Position numbers and translations under genes: made by a program. A stretch of 64,000 nt of DNA from Candidatus Woesearchaeota archaeon (GTDB taxonomy: Archaea; Nanobdellota; Nanobdellia; SCGC-AAA011-G17; JACPIM01): positions 64,001-128,000 of the forward strand of contig CAZELK010000001.1 of assembly GCA_964513145.1 (NCBI GenBank), given 5' to 3'. A model generated the notes under the pieces. That model made no database searches, had not been told where the DNA came from, and saw nothing but the letters and a program-made list of their open reading frames with translations. Of this stretch, positions 1 through 7,672 are shown piece by piece. The first letter of the stretch is position 1; each line of letters opens with the position of its first letter.

Positions 1-217
1 CGCATTTGTTAATGTTCCCGAGAAGATCAATTTTAGCAACACCGCCTTTATTATTTTCCGTATATTTTATTTCACCAAGATAATTATTATTTTTCATAAT
101 TTCAAGGATTACTTTAACTGTTTTTGACATCGGTCGAACTAAACAGAACTGCTTTCCTATTTTTTCTGCATTGTATATATTTGACAACGCAGTTGATAAT
201 ATATCATTCATTGACAT
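1..217 (-). CDS. rps8: 30S ribosomal protein S8 (uS8), runs off the window edge
   Basis: Hand translation from ATG at 217: MSMNDILSTALSNIYNAEKIGKAVCLVRPMSKTVKVILEIMK...; follows rps14 as in the archaeal spc-like cluster. Confidence 0.93.
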   Translation of the reverse strand, partial: MSMNDILSTALSNIYNAEKIGKQFCLVRPMSKTVKVILEIMKNNNYLGEIKYTENNKGGVAKIDLLGNINKC

Positions 218-218
218 T

Positions 219-449
219 TTAGCTGTATTTTTTGAAGCCTATATTTTTTGCAATTTCCCTGAAACATTGCCTGCAAAGTTCAAGATTGTATTTGCTTATA
301 TGAGCTCCTGTTCTCCCACATCTTCTACATTTTTTTAACATATCACCAACGCTTCTTTTTTTTGGAGCATTATGCTTTATGTATTTCTTTAATTTGTGAG
401 GCTTATTTTTTAGCTGCTTAAAAACTTTTTTAAAATTGCTTGTTGTCAT
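219..449 (-). CDS. rps14: 30S ribosomal protein S14 (zinc-binding, N-terminally extended)
   Basis: CRRCG...LCRQCFREIA..IGFKKY zinc motif; operon position. Confidence 0.96.
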   Translation of the reverse strand: MTTSNFKKVFKQLKNKPHKLKKYIKHNAPKKRSVGDMLKKCRRCGRTGAHISKYNLELCRQCFREIAKNIGFKKYS

Positions 450-955
450 TAGTTTACCCCTAAATTATATTTTTTATTAATGAAATTTACTGCTTCTTCT
501 TTTGTTATTTTATGGCTTGCTGATATTTTTCTTTTTCTTAAGGCTCTTTTTTTAACTCTAAAACCTGGTCTTTCCAATGTGACTGCAACATTTAACCCAA
601 TTATTCCTATAGTTGAATCATACGGTACGCCGGGAATATCTATATATTCTGGAACACCAAAGGATAAATTTCCATGATTATCAAATTTTAATGAAGTTAT
701 ATTTTCAACATTTGCTTTTAATAGTCTTCCCAATAATTCTTCTGCCTTTTTTCCTCTTACAGTCACTTTGCACCCAACTTGCAGTCCTGGTCTGATTTCC
801 CATGTAGGAATTCTTTCGTTAGTTGTTGTTGGTACTGCTTTCATGCCAGTTATTTTGTTTAATAATTTTAATCCTTTTTCTAGCCGATCTCCTGGACCGC
901 CTGTACCCATATTCAAGGTAACTTTCTCTATCCTGATTTCTTTCATTATATTCAT
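449..955 (-). CDS. rpl5: 50S ribosomal protein L5 (uL5)
   Basis: IRIEKVTLNMG, GCKVTVRG, GNLSFG motifs. Confidence 0.97.
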   Translation of the reverse strand: MNIMKEIRIEKVTLNMGTGGPGDRLEKGLKLLNKITGMKAVPTTTNERIPTWEIRPGLQVGCKVTVRGKKAEELLGRLLKANVENITSLKFDNHGNLSFGVPEYIDIPGVPYDSTIGIIGLNVAVTLERPGFRVKKRALRKRKISASHKITKEEAVNFINKKYNLGVN

Positions 956-1623
956 TTTTCTAAAACATAAGCATAGTCTGCAAGAGTCTCGTGAGTTTCG
1001 TTATCTACTTTAAATACAAGGACATCTTTTGATATACCTGGGTATTTTTTTATTTCGATTATCTTTCCCTTGTTACCAATATGCTTCCCTCCAGTTAAAT
1101 ATACCAAAGAATCTTTTCCAAATTTCAAGTGCTTTATAATTTTTTTATCCTTTAAAATTAATGAATCCCTAACTTTGTAAGAATCTTTATCCACAATCAA
1201 ATTTCTGCCGTCATAAAGATTTAATTGAACTTTGCCTTTTTTCAGAATTGTTTTCCCAATTATTTTGCAAGTTTTATTATCTGTTTCTTCTTTATTTATT
1301 TCCATTAAATTTAATTTTCCCTTATTATTATACATAATTCTATAATACTTATTTAATTCCGGAATAGAAAGACTGTCTAATATACCGACAGCAAAATCAA
1401 ATTCTTTTCTTACTTTGTTATCTATGAGAATATTTTTATTATTTAATATATGTTTGATATCTCTTTTTTTATTTCCTATTTTTAATATTTCTCTTAATAT
1501 TACGCCTAAGGGCATACTCTCTTCTAATTTGTGGGGACCTGGAGATGGCTTTGTTATAAATTTATTTGTTTTTCTTTCAATAGGCCAACTTTTTGGTGCA
1601 TTTATTCTTTTCAGGTGTGTCAT
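952..1623 (-). CDS. rps4e: 30S ribosomal protein S4e
   Basis: HLKRINAPKSWPIERK...PSPGPH N-terminus; TGGKHIG. Confidence 0.97.
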   Translation of the reverse strand: MTHLKRINAPKSWPIERKTNKFITKPSPGPHKLEESMPLGVILREILKIGNKKRDIKHILNNKNILIDNKVRKEFDFAVGILDSLSIPELNKYYRIMYNNKGKLNLMEINKEETDNKTCKIIGKTILKKGKVQLNLYDGRNLIVDKDSYKVRDSLILKDKKIIKHLKFGKDSLVYLTGGKHIGNKGKIIEIKKYPGISKDVLVFKVDNETHETLADYAYVLEK

Positions 1624-2015
1624 TTTGCTATCCTTTCAATTGCTTTTTTTCTTTCCTTATCTTCCAGGTTTAATTCCTTAATCATAACTTTTGACGGATG
1701 TATGGGGTAGAATGTTTTGGTGCCATCTTTTTTAATTACTTCTGCACCATCAACGTAAATTCTTATTTTTTTCATGCTTACTTTATTTATTGCTCCTGAA
1801 GTCCCTTTAAATTGCCCTCTCATAATTGTTACTTTATCTCCTTTTTTAACTGGAAAATTTCTTTTTTTGTATTTTTTTATTAATTCTTCAGTTAAATGAG
1901 CTGAGAGGAATTTATGCCTAATATTTAATGGAGCATTGTGGACATATTTTCTCTGCTTTCTTGGCTGCTTGCTTGATTTCCATTTTCTTGAAAATTTATT
2001 TCTCATTTTATTCAC
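1620..2015 (-). CDS. rpl24: 50S ribosomal protein L24 (uL24)
   Basis: SKQPRKQRKY..NAPL; KGDKVTIMRG KOW motif; PIHPSKV. Confidence 0.97.
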   Translation of the reverse strand: MNKMRNKFSRKWKSSKQPRKQRKYVHNAPLNIRHKFLSAHLTEELIKKYKKRNFPVKKGDKVTIMRGQFKGTSGAINKVSMKKIRIYVDGAEVIKKDGTKTFYPIHPSKVMIKELNLEDKERKKAIERIAK

Positions 2016-2385
2016 TCAAATTCCTTTCAAGTTCTTTAAACCCTTTTTCATATTTTATCATAACATAATCCTTTAATGCTTCGCCATATCCGCCCCTTAT
2101 TAAATTGAATCCAAATACATTTAACATTACTCCATAAACAACATCTTTCTGTACTTTTGCTCCAACTCCCATTATCAAACCAGCCTGGCTTATATTTTTT
2201 GTTTCTTTAACAATTTTAACTGCCCTGTCAATAAACATACCTAATTTGCTTAATTCAAATAAAAGGCTGTTGAAACTTTCATCCCCCATTATTTGAGGCA
2301 ACTGAGCAACATCTAAATTTCTCTCAGACAAGAAAGTTTCAAGATTTTTTCTTTCTTTATCATTAGGAATATGAGTTTTTACCAT
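2008..2385 (-). CDS. Hypothetical protein (126 aa) inside the r-protein operon
   Basis: ATG at 2385 lies 1 nt after the rpl14 stop and its stop overlaps the rpl24 start; the track's longer version overlaps rpl14; no recognisable motif. Confidence 0.75.
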   Translation of the reverse strand: MVKTHIPNDKERKNLETFLSERNLDVAQLPQIMGDESFNSLLFELSKLGMFIDRAVKIVKETKNISQAGLIMGVGAKVQKDVVYGVMLNVFGFNLIRGGYGEALKDYVMIKYEKGFKELERNLSE

Positions 2386-2386
2386 T

Positions 2387-2788
2387 TTATACCACAATGC
2401 TTGCGACTTTTGCAATTGCTGGCCATCGCTCAGCAACCTCCTTAGCTATAGGTCCCTTGAAAATTGTACCTTTTGGATTACCTTTATCATCTTTTAATAT
2501 TACAACAGCGTTGTCTGCAAATTTTATTCTTGTGCCATCTTTTCTCCGATATTCTTTTTTTTGCCTTACTACAATAGCAGGAACAACCTGTTTTCTCATT
2601 TCTGTTTCACCTTTTAATACAGAAACCAAGATTTCATCCCCAACACCGCATGAAGGCTTTCTTCTTCTTACTGTTTTCGAACCTTTTATTGAGACAATCC
2701 TAACTATTTTAGCGCCTGAATTATCACAAGTCTCTACGACACTACCATGATTCAAACATTTTGTTATTCTTGCCTTAAGAGCTTTCAT
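2387..2788 (-). CDS. rpl14: 50S ribosomal protein L14 (uL14)
   Basis: CDNSGAKIV, DNAVV, PKGTIFKGPIAKEVAERWP. Confidence 0.98.
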   Translation of the reverse strand: MKALKARITKCLNHGSVVETCDNSGAKIVRIVSIKGSKTVRRRKPSCGVGDEILVSVLKGETEMRKQVVPAIVVRQKKEYRRKDGTRIKFADNAVVILKDDKGNPKGTIFKGPIAKEVAERWPAIAKVASIVV

Positions 2789-3110
2789 TTTCTATTACCA
2801 CAAAATTTTTCATTTTTGAAATTGGCTTGCATTCCATAATTTTTACTATATCACCTATTTTTATGTCTATGCAAGGAGTGCTATGAACATGTATTCTTGA
2901 TTTTCTTTTTTCATATCTTTCATATTTAGGCAAGAAATGAAGCCTAGGAAATTCAACTTGTGCTGTTTTTGCTGAACTTACTTTAGTAATTTCTCCAGTA
3001 AACAAATTACCCCTTAATTTAAGTCCGCTATGGAATGGGCAATGCTTGTCATCACATTTCTTTATAGGTAATTTTACTTGTACTCCTATATTTTTTTGTT
3101 TTTCTTTCAT
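2775..3110 (-). CDS. rps17: 30S ribosomal protein S17 (uS17)
   Basis: CDDKHCPFH, KYERYEKR, GDIVKIMECKPISKMKNFVV. Confidence 0.97.
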   Translation of the reverse strand: MKEKQKNIGVQVKLPIKKCDDKHCPFHSGLKLRGNLFTGEITKVSSAKTAQVEFPRLHFLPKYERYEKRKSRIHVHSTPCIDIKIGDIVKIMECKPISKMKNFVVIENESS

Positions 3111-3364
3111 TTTTTTAACCTATCCTCGGGCCTGCCTATTAATAATTCCCCATTAGTTTGTATTTCGTTTTTTCCATTTGAAATTTTTAATGTAACTTGT
3201 TTTTTTAGTATTGTCATTATTTTGTCATTATTTTTTATCTTGATTGTATTTTTAGTTTCATCTATTATTTCGCCCTGAATCCCAATCAAGTTCTTGTTTT
3301 GTGAATCTATTACTTCCATTTTTAACCCTATTAATTCGCCACGCAAAAAATCTTTTAAAACCAT
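3107..3364 (-). CDS. rnp1: Ribonuclease P protein component 1 (Rpp29/Pop4)
   Basis: ELIGL..EV, G.IIDETKNT, L.GRPEDRLK; conserved position between SUI1 and S17. Confidence 0.94.
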   Translation of the reverse strand: MVLKDFLRGELIGLKMEVIDSQNKNLIGIQGEIIDETKNTIKIKNNDKIMTILKKQVTLKISNGKNEIQTNGELLIGRPEDRLKK

Positions 3365-3366
3365 TT

Positions 3367-3675
3367 TTATCTTGTTTCTATTGAATCTGATGAAAAACCT
3401 AATTTTGTAAGTTCTTCCTTTGTTTTTTCTGCGTGCTCACCTTGGAGCTCTATTGTATCTCCCTTGACTGTTCCTCCACATGCGAATTTTGTTTTCAACT
3501 CTTTTGCGAGCTCTTTTAAATCAATCTCTTTTTTGTTTATTCCGTAAATGACTGTGATTAGTTTACCGAACTTTCTTTTTTCAATTTTGACTTTGATCCT
3601 TTGCCCTTCTTTAGCTATTGTCTGACAAACACAAAGGTCTCTAGGAAGACCGCATTTTGAGCAGATTTCATTCAT
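3367..3675 (-). CDS. sui1: Translation initiation factor SUI1 (aIF1)
   Basis: [30 protein letters not shown]. Confidence 0.96.
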   Translation of the reverse strand: MNEICSKCGLPRDLCVCQTIAKEGQRIKVKIEKRKFGKLITVIYGINKKEIDLKELAKELKTKFACGGTVKGDTIELQGEHAEKTKEELTKLGFSSDSIETR

Positions 3676-3895
3676 TCTTTTTCATACCTTTTCCTGAGTC
3701 TTTTGCTTGACTCTTTATTTTAGCTATTGTCAATATTCTTGCAATAGTTCTTCTTGTATTTTTTATTAGGGCTGGCTTTTCCAATGTGCTTCCCCTGGCT
3801 CTTTTTGCATTCAATATTATGAGTTCTTTTTTTAAATCTATTAACTTATTTTTCAAACTTTCCTCGCTTAGTTCTTTTATTTCACTTATTTTCAT
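3668..3895 (-). CDS. rpl29: 50S ribosomal protein L29 (uL29)
   Basis: [19 protein letters not shown]...[13 protein letters not shown]; ATG at 3895 preferred because the track's TTG at 3901 lies in the putative IS left end. Confidence 0.94.
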   Translation of the reverse strand: MKISEIKELSEESLKNKLIDLKKELIILNAKRARGSTLEKPALIKNTRRTIARILTIAKIKSQAKDSGKGMKKNE

Positions 3896-3896
3896 T

Positions 3897-3937
3897 GGCA
3901 AGGATACCCCATCAGCTTGCTGTGGGGAGGAATTGCC
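3897..3937 (+). repeat. IS left-end imperfect hairpin
   Basis: GGCAA..CCCCA-T-CAG-CTTG-CTG-TGGGG..TTGCC inverted repeat read directly from the sequence. Confidence 0.75.
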
Positions 3938-3948
3938 CCTTTGTTAAG

Positions 3949-3958
3949 TTTATAAATA
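3949..3958 (+). promoter_or_regulatory. Putative TATA box of tnpB (leaderless transcript, opposing the r-protein operon)
   Basis: TTTATAAATA ending about 20 nt before the tnpB ATG at 3979. Confidence 0.55.
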
Positions 3959-3978
3959 TTTAAATCCTGATAATTAAG

Positions 3979-5073
3979 ATGTTGATTAGGGCAACTGCAA
4001 AAATTAAGATTGAAACTAGACCTGAAATTATAGAAACTATTAGCCTCTATAGAAAAGGTCTGCAATTCTGTGTAAATTCTGCTTGGGAATTGAGGATTAA
4101 AAATAATATTAGATTGCATCCCTTTGTTTACAAAACTCTTAAAGAAAGTGGATTGCAAAGTCAACTGGCTATTGCATGTATTAAACAAGCCTGTGGGATT
4201 GTCAAAAAAGCCAAATCCAAACCGATTATTAATTTCTCTTTCATGGAATATGACTTCCCTAGGAGTGCTAGTTTCAAGAATAATATTTTGAGTCTTTCTA
4301 CAATAAAGGGCAGGATCAAGATTCCATTCCAAATCCCTGAATGCTATCAAATTTATTTTCAGGACTGGAGAGTTTGTGAAAGCATTTTGAACATTGACAA
4401 AAGGGGAAGATGTTTTTTTAATTTCAGTTTCTCCAAAGAGGTCAGCACAAAAGTCCCTAATCAACAATTCAGGGTTCTTGGTATTGATCTCGGAGTAAAT
4501 AATCTTGCTGTGACAAGTGACAACAAATTCTTCGGACAAAAGATTAAGCAACAAAGGATCAGGCATGATAAATTGATTAGTGAAATCCAAACTAAATGCA
4601 CAAAATCTGCTAAGAGAAAACTCAGAAAGATTTCTGGCAGATGGAGAAAGTTGATGGCTTGGACTAATCATAACATCAGTAAAAGTATTGTTGAACCATT
4701 GGATCAAGGAGATGTTATAGTAATGGAAGATTTGGTTAATATCAGAAAGACTGCTAAATACAATAAGTGGATTCATAAATGGGCTTTCTTCCAGTTGAGA
4801 AGCTTTATTGAATACAAAGCTTTCAGAAAAGGAATTAGGGTTGTCTATATTAATCCTGCTTATACTTCCAAAACTTGCAACAGATGTCATAATTTAGATA
4901 CCTCTAGACACAATGGTTTTTTCAAGTGCAATACTTGTAATCATTCCTTGAATTCCGACATTAACGGAGCAAGGAACATAGCTCAACTCTACACGAGTAA
5001 AATGAGCTTGGCTTTTGTAAACAAGCCAACTATAACATGTGATGATGCCAAAGCATCTACAATTTCCGTATGA
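3979..5073 (+). CDS. tnpB: RNA-guided endonuclease TnpB (364 aa)
   Basis: RuvC-I LGIDLGVNN, RuvC-II VIVMEDL, zinc finger TSKTCNRC...FKCNTC, RuvC-III NSDINGARNI; the catalytic D/E/D are all present. Confidence 0.96.
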   Translation: MLIRATAKIKIETRPEIIETISLYRKGLQFCVNSAWELRIKNNIRLHPFVYKTLKESGLQSQLAIACIKQACGIVKKAKSKPIINFSFMEYDFPRSASFKNNILSLSTIKGRIKIPFQIPECYQIYFQDWRVCESILNIDKRGRCFFNFSFSKEVSTKVPNQQFRVLGIDLGVNNLAVTSDNKFFGQKIKQQRIRHDKLISEIQTKCTKSAKRKLRKISGRWRKLMAWTNHNISKSIVEPLDQGDVIVMEDLVNIRKTAKYNKWIHKWAFFQLRSFIEYKAFRKGIRVVYINPAYTSKTCNRCHNLDTSRHNGFFKCNTCNHSLNSDINGARNIAQLYTSKMSLAFVNKPTITCDDAKASTISV

Positions 5074-5091
5074 TGAATTGAAGTTAAGCAT
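4894..5091 (-). other. Antisense ORF (65 aa), same frame as 3892-4890 and separated from it by one stop
   Basis: ATG 2 nt after the rps3 stop; the single stop is the reverse complement of the one TTA Leu codon of tnpB (4894-4896). Confidence 0.3.
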
Positions 5092-5154
5092 AGTTATAAA
5101 TGCCCCGCATCTTGATGCGATTGGTGTGGTTTACTTTCTGGTTTTACTTCTTTT
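5030..5154 (+). ncRNA. Predicted omegaRNA (reRNA) scaffold plus guide of TnpB
   Basis: TnpB omegaRNAs are known to derive from the 3' end of tnpB plus the right end; hairpin CGCAT-CTTG-ATGCG at 5106-5119; the guide would be the flank from about 5134. The 5' limit is a guess. Confidence 0.5.
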
Positions 5155-5885
5155 GTTTTTTTGGCACGAGTCTTTTTTGGCTTTTCTTCTTTTACCAATT
5201 CTTTAAGTTCTTCAACTGCCTTTGTATCCTCGATTTTTATTTCTTCTGCAGTTTTTTCAGATTCTTTTTTTAAAACAAGCTCTGCATTTTTATCTACTAT
5301 ATATACTCTATCAGGCAATGTTATATCTGGGGTCATTATACTAACTTTAATTCCGACAGTTCCGGATTTTAGGTTTGCTGTTGCTATCGCCCTTTTAATC
5401 TGATTAGCTGAAATATCCCCTGATTTTTTTAAATGGCCAGCTTTAAATCTCCAGCTTCTTGCCCTGGCACTAGGGACTTTTCCTGAAATTACTATTTCTG
5501 CTCCTGATGCGCCATGATCAAGAATGTCCTGCAATGTTTTGTATCCAATTGACTTGAATCTTTTAGAACCAAACTTTACCAATGTAGCTGATATTTTGTC
5601 AGCGACATAATAAGCGTCTAACATAGGGCTTTCTATTTCCCCAATTTCAATCTGGGGATTTTCCATTTTGAATCTTTTCTTCAATACATTTGTAAGTTTT
5701 TTTATGTTCTCTCCTTTTCTACCAACTACAAGACCAGGACGAGCTGTAAAAATTATTACTTTTTCTCCAAGGGGTGTTCTCTGTATTTCTATGTGGGAGA
5801 ATCCAGTTCCAACTAATTGAGATTTTATATGTTCTTGAACTTGAAATTCTTTTATTTTCTGGCTAACAAATTGTCTTTCTATCAT
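5094..5885 (-). CDS. rps3: 30S ribosomal protein S3 (uS3) with a K/E-rich tail whose last ~12 residues come from the IS
   Basis: IEIQRTPLG, RPGLVVGRKG KH motif, ISGKVPSARAR; tail SKPHQSHQDAGHL is encoded by the IS right end. Confidence 0.97.
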   Translation of the reverse strand: MIERQFVSQKIKEFQVQEHIKSQLVGTGFSHIEIQRTPLGEKVIIFTARPGLVVGRKGENIKKLTNVLKKRFKMENPQIEIGEIESPMLDAYYVADKISATLVKFGSKRFKSIGYKTLQDILDHGASGAEIVISGKVPSARARSWRFKAGHLKKSGDISANQIKRAIATANLKSGTVGIKVSIMTPDITLPDRVYIVDKNAELVLKKESEKTAEEIKIEDTKAVEELKELVKEEKPKKTRAKKTKEVKPESKPHQSHQDAGHL

Positions 5886-6295
5886 TTTTCCTGCTCTGCC
5901 AATATAATAACATGACTCCTTTTCATTCTTCTTCCCCTATGTCTTGAATAATGCCAAGAGATTGGGGCCCTGTTTGCAAATGCATTTTGTATTATTAATT
6001 TTTCAACATTGAACCCTTTATTTTTTGCATTTCCTTCTAATGTGTTTAGCAAATTAAGGAAGTGCTTTGATGCTTTTTTAGGATAAAAACCTGGACCCAA
6101 ATGTCCTTTTTTGTGACCTCTTTTATGCTTAAATCTTTTTAAAGGTACGACAAATTTTTCATCCAGGACCATGTTTAATTTTGCTTTTATCTTCGAAATA
6201 TTTTTTCCTTTTATGAAGCTGCATAATTCTATTGCATGCTTTGTTGAGATAGGCAAATCAAATCCAGAAACCTTGACTAAGTCTTTTTCTTCCAT
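5882..6295 (-). CDS. rpl22: 50S ribosomal protein L22 (uL22)
   Basis: PISTKHAIELC, GFYPKKAS, N.LEGNA..KG. Confidence 0.96.
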   Translation of the reverse strand: MEEKDLVKVSGFDLPISTKHAIELCSFIKGKNISKIKAKLNMVLDEKFVVPLKRFKHKRGHKKGHLGPGFYPKKASKHFLNLLNTLEGNAKNKGFNVEKLIIQNAFANRAPISWHYSRHRGRRMKRSHVIILAEQEK

Positions 6296-6296
6296 T

Positions 6297-6695
6297 TTAC
6301 TTCTTGCTTACTGCTCCTGCGCTTGATTTTGTTGCACCAATACCTGGTGCTGAATGCTGTACTTTTCTTCTTGTAAGAGCAAATTCACCAAGGCAGTGCC
6401 CTAATGTTTCTACTGTTATAGGGACTGGGACAAATTCCTTTCCATTATAAACATGAATTATTAATCCCAAAAATTCAGGAAGCACAGGCATATCCCGACA
6501 GTGAGTTTTGACGATCTTTTTATATGTACCATCTTTGAATTTTTTAACTTTATTTAAGAATTTTTTTTCCTGATCTGTGAATCCTCTTTTTAATTGTCTT
6601 CTTTGTCTTGAATTTGCAATTAACATAAAATCATTTACACTCATATTTTTGAAATCTTTTTCAGTTTTTCCCTTATACATTAACTCTTTAGCCAT
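6297..6695 (-). CDS. rps19: 30S ribosomal protein S19 (uS19)
   Basis: KTHCRDM, VYNGKEF, GHCLGEFALTR, APGIGATKSS. Confidence 0.97.
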   Translation of the reverse strand: MAKELMYKGKTEKDFKNMSVNDFMLIANSRQRRQLKRGFTDQEKKFLNKVKKFKDGTYKKIVKTHCRDMPVLPEFLGLIIHVYNGKEFVPVPITVETLGHCLGEFALTRRKVQHSAPGIGATKSSAGAVSKK

Positions 6696-7412
6696 TTACT
6701 TTCTTCCTGTTCTTCTTGCTGCAACTTTACCAACCTTTCTTCCAGGCGGTGTGCCCCTTCCAACAACTTTTATTTTTGAGTGATGCCTTCCACGACCAGA
6801 ACCATAGGGATGATTTAATGCGTTCATAGCTACACCAGATGTTCTTGGATATAATTTATTTCTGGCTCTCATGTAATGCATTCTCTTACCAGCTTTAACA
6901 AATGGCTTGTCTTTTCTGCCATGACCAGCAACTATGCCTATTGTTGCCCTGCATTCTGGCAAAAATTTTCTTTGTTTTTTAGAAGGCAATTCTATTAATA
7001 CAGATTCTGCTGTTGAGCTTAAAATTTTAGCAAAAGTTCCTGCTGCCCTACAATATTTTCCACCATCACCTGGGAAACTTTCTAAATTATAAATCAATGT
7101 TCCTTCTGGAATTGATTTTAAAGGCAAAGTATTTCCTGTGTTTAAAGATGAGTTTAAACCACTTTCAACTTGGTCATTTACCCTTATGTTTGCAGGAGCA
7201 ATTAAAAATAATTCTTCATTATTATCATACAAAACTTTTACTAATGGTGCTGTGTGCCCAGGGCATTTTATTATATCAATTATTTTCCCCCTGACTAAAG
7301 ACTCATTTTTATCATATTTTTTATATTTTACATCAGCTTTATACTTGTGTGAACTAGATCTATATACTGGCGAACCAGTTCCACGCCTTCTTTGAATTAT
7401 TCTCTTTCCCAT
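6696..7412 (-). CDS. rpl2: 50S ribosomal protein L2 (uL2)
   Basis: MGKRIIQRRRG, GVAMNALNHPYGSG, GRKVGKVAARRTG. Confidence 0.98.
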   Translation of the reverse strand: MGKRIIQRRRGTGSPVYRSSSHKYKADVKYKKYDKNESLVRGKIIDIIKCPGHTAPLVKVLYDNNEELFLIAPANIRVNDQVESGLNSSLNTGNTLPLKSIPEGTLIYNLESFPGDGGKYCRAAGTFAKILSSTAESVLIELPSKKQRKFLPECRATIGIVAGHGRKDKPFVKAGKRMHYMRARNKLYPRTSGVAMNALNHPYGSGRGRHHSKIKVVGRGTPPGRKVGKVAARRTGRK

Positions 7413-7413
7413 T

Positions 7414-7671
7414 TTACATTAAACCTAATCTTGTTGCCATATCCATGGCATTGAAATCCTTTGTTAATTTTATAAATGCTTTTTTTCCTTCAACACCAAT
7501 TAAAGTGTTTACCTTGCTTACTTTTACTTTGAACATTTCTTCAACAGCTTTTTTTATTTCCGGTTTTTTTGCTTTTCTATCAACTATAAAAACTATTTTA
7601 TTTTCCTGTTCCATTATCTTTAAACATTTTTCAGTTGATACAGGATATTTTAAAATTTCAGTTTGTTCCAT
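7414..7671 (-). CDS. rpl23: 50S ribosomal protein L23 (uL23)
   Basis: PVSTEK, N..VFIVD, KVNTLI...KKAFIKL. Confidence 0.97.
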   Translation of the reverse strand: MEQTEILKYPVSTEKCLKIMEQENKIVFIVDRKAKKPEIKKAVEEMFKVKVSKVNTLIGVEGKKAFIKLTKDFNAMDMATRLGLM

Positions 7672-7672
7672 T

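Larger units (their letters stand above)
3892..4890 (-). other. Long antisense ORF (332 aa) in exact codon register with tnpB; translation unproven
   Basis: Open frame in the ORF track; its TGA overlaps the rpl29 ATG; no protein family recognised. Confidence 0.35.
3896..5133 (+). mobile_element. IS200/IS605-family (IS1341-like, tnpB-only) element inserted at the rps3/rpl29 junction
   Basis: tnpB flanked by subterminal hairpins that share a CCCC foot and CTTG loop (3907-3927 and 5103-5119); right end GTGGTTTA(C); joining 3895 to 5134 restores an rps3 stop overlapping the rpl29 ATG. Boundaries inferred, right end 5133 or 5134. Confidence 0.8.

Noticed and set aside
219-449. N-terminal extension of S14
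   Set aside because: Probably a lineage trait of Nanobdellota S14 rather than a locus-specific novelty; used only as a taxonomic hint.
3979-5073. TnpB as a Cas12f CRISPR effector
   Set aside because: No repeat-spacer array or cas1/cas2/cas4 nearby; IS-type end hairpins flank the gene.
3896-5133. Element as a self-splicing IStron or archaeal intron
   Set aside because: No group I core sequences or bulge-helix-bulge motif were recognised, and nearly the whole element is taken up by tnpB.
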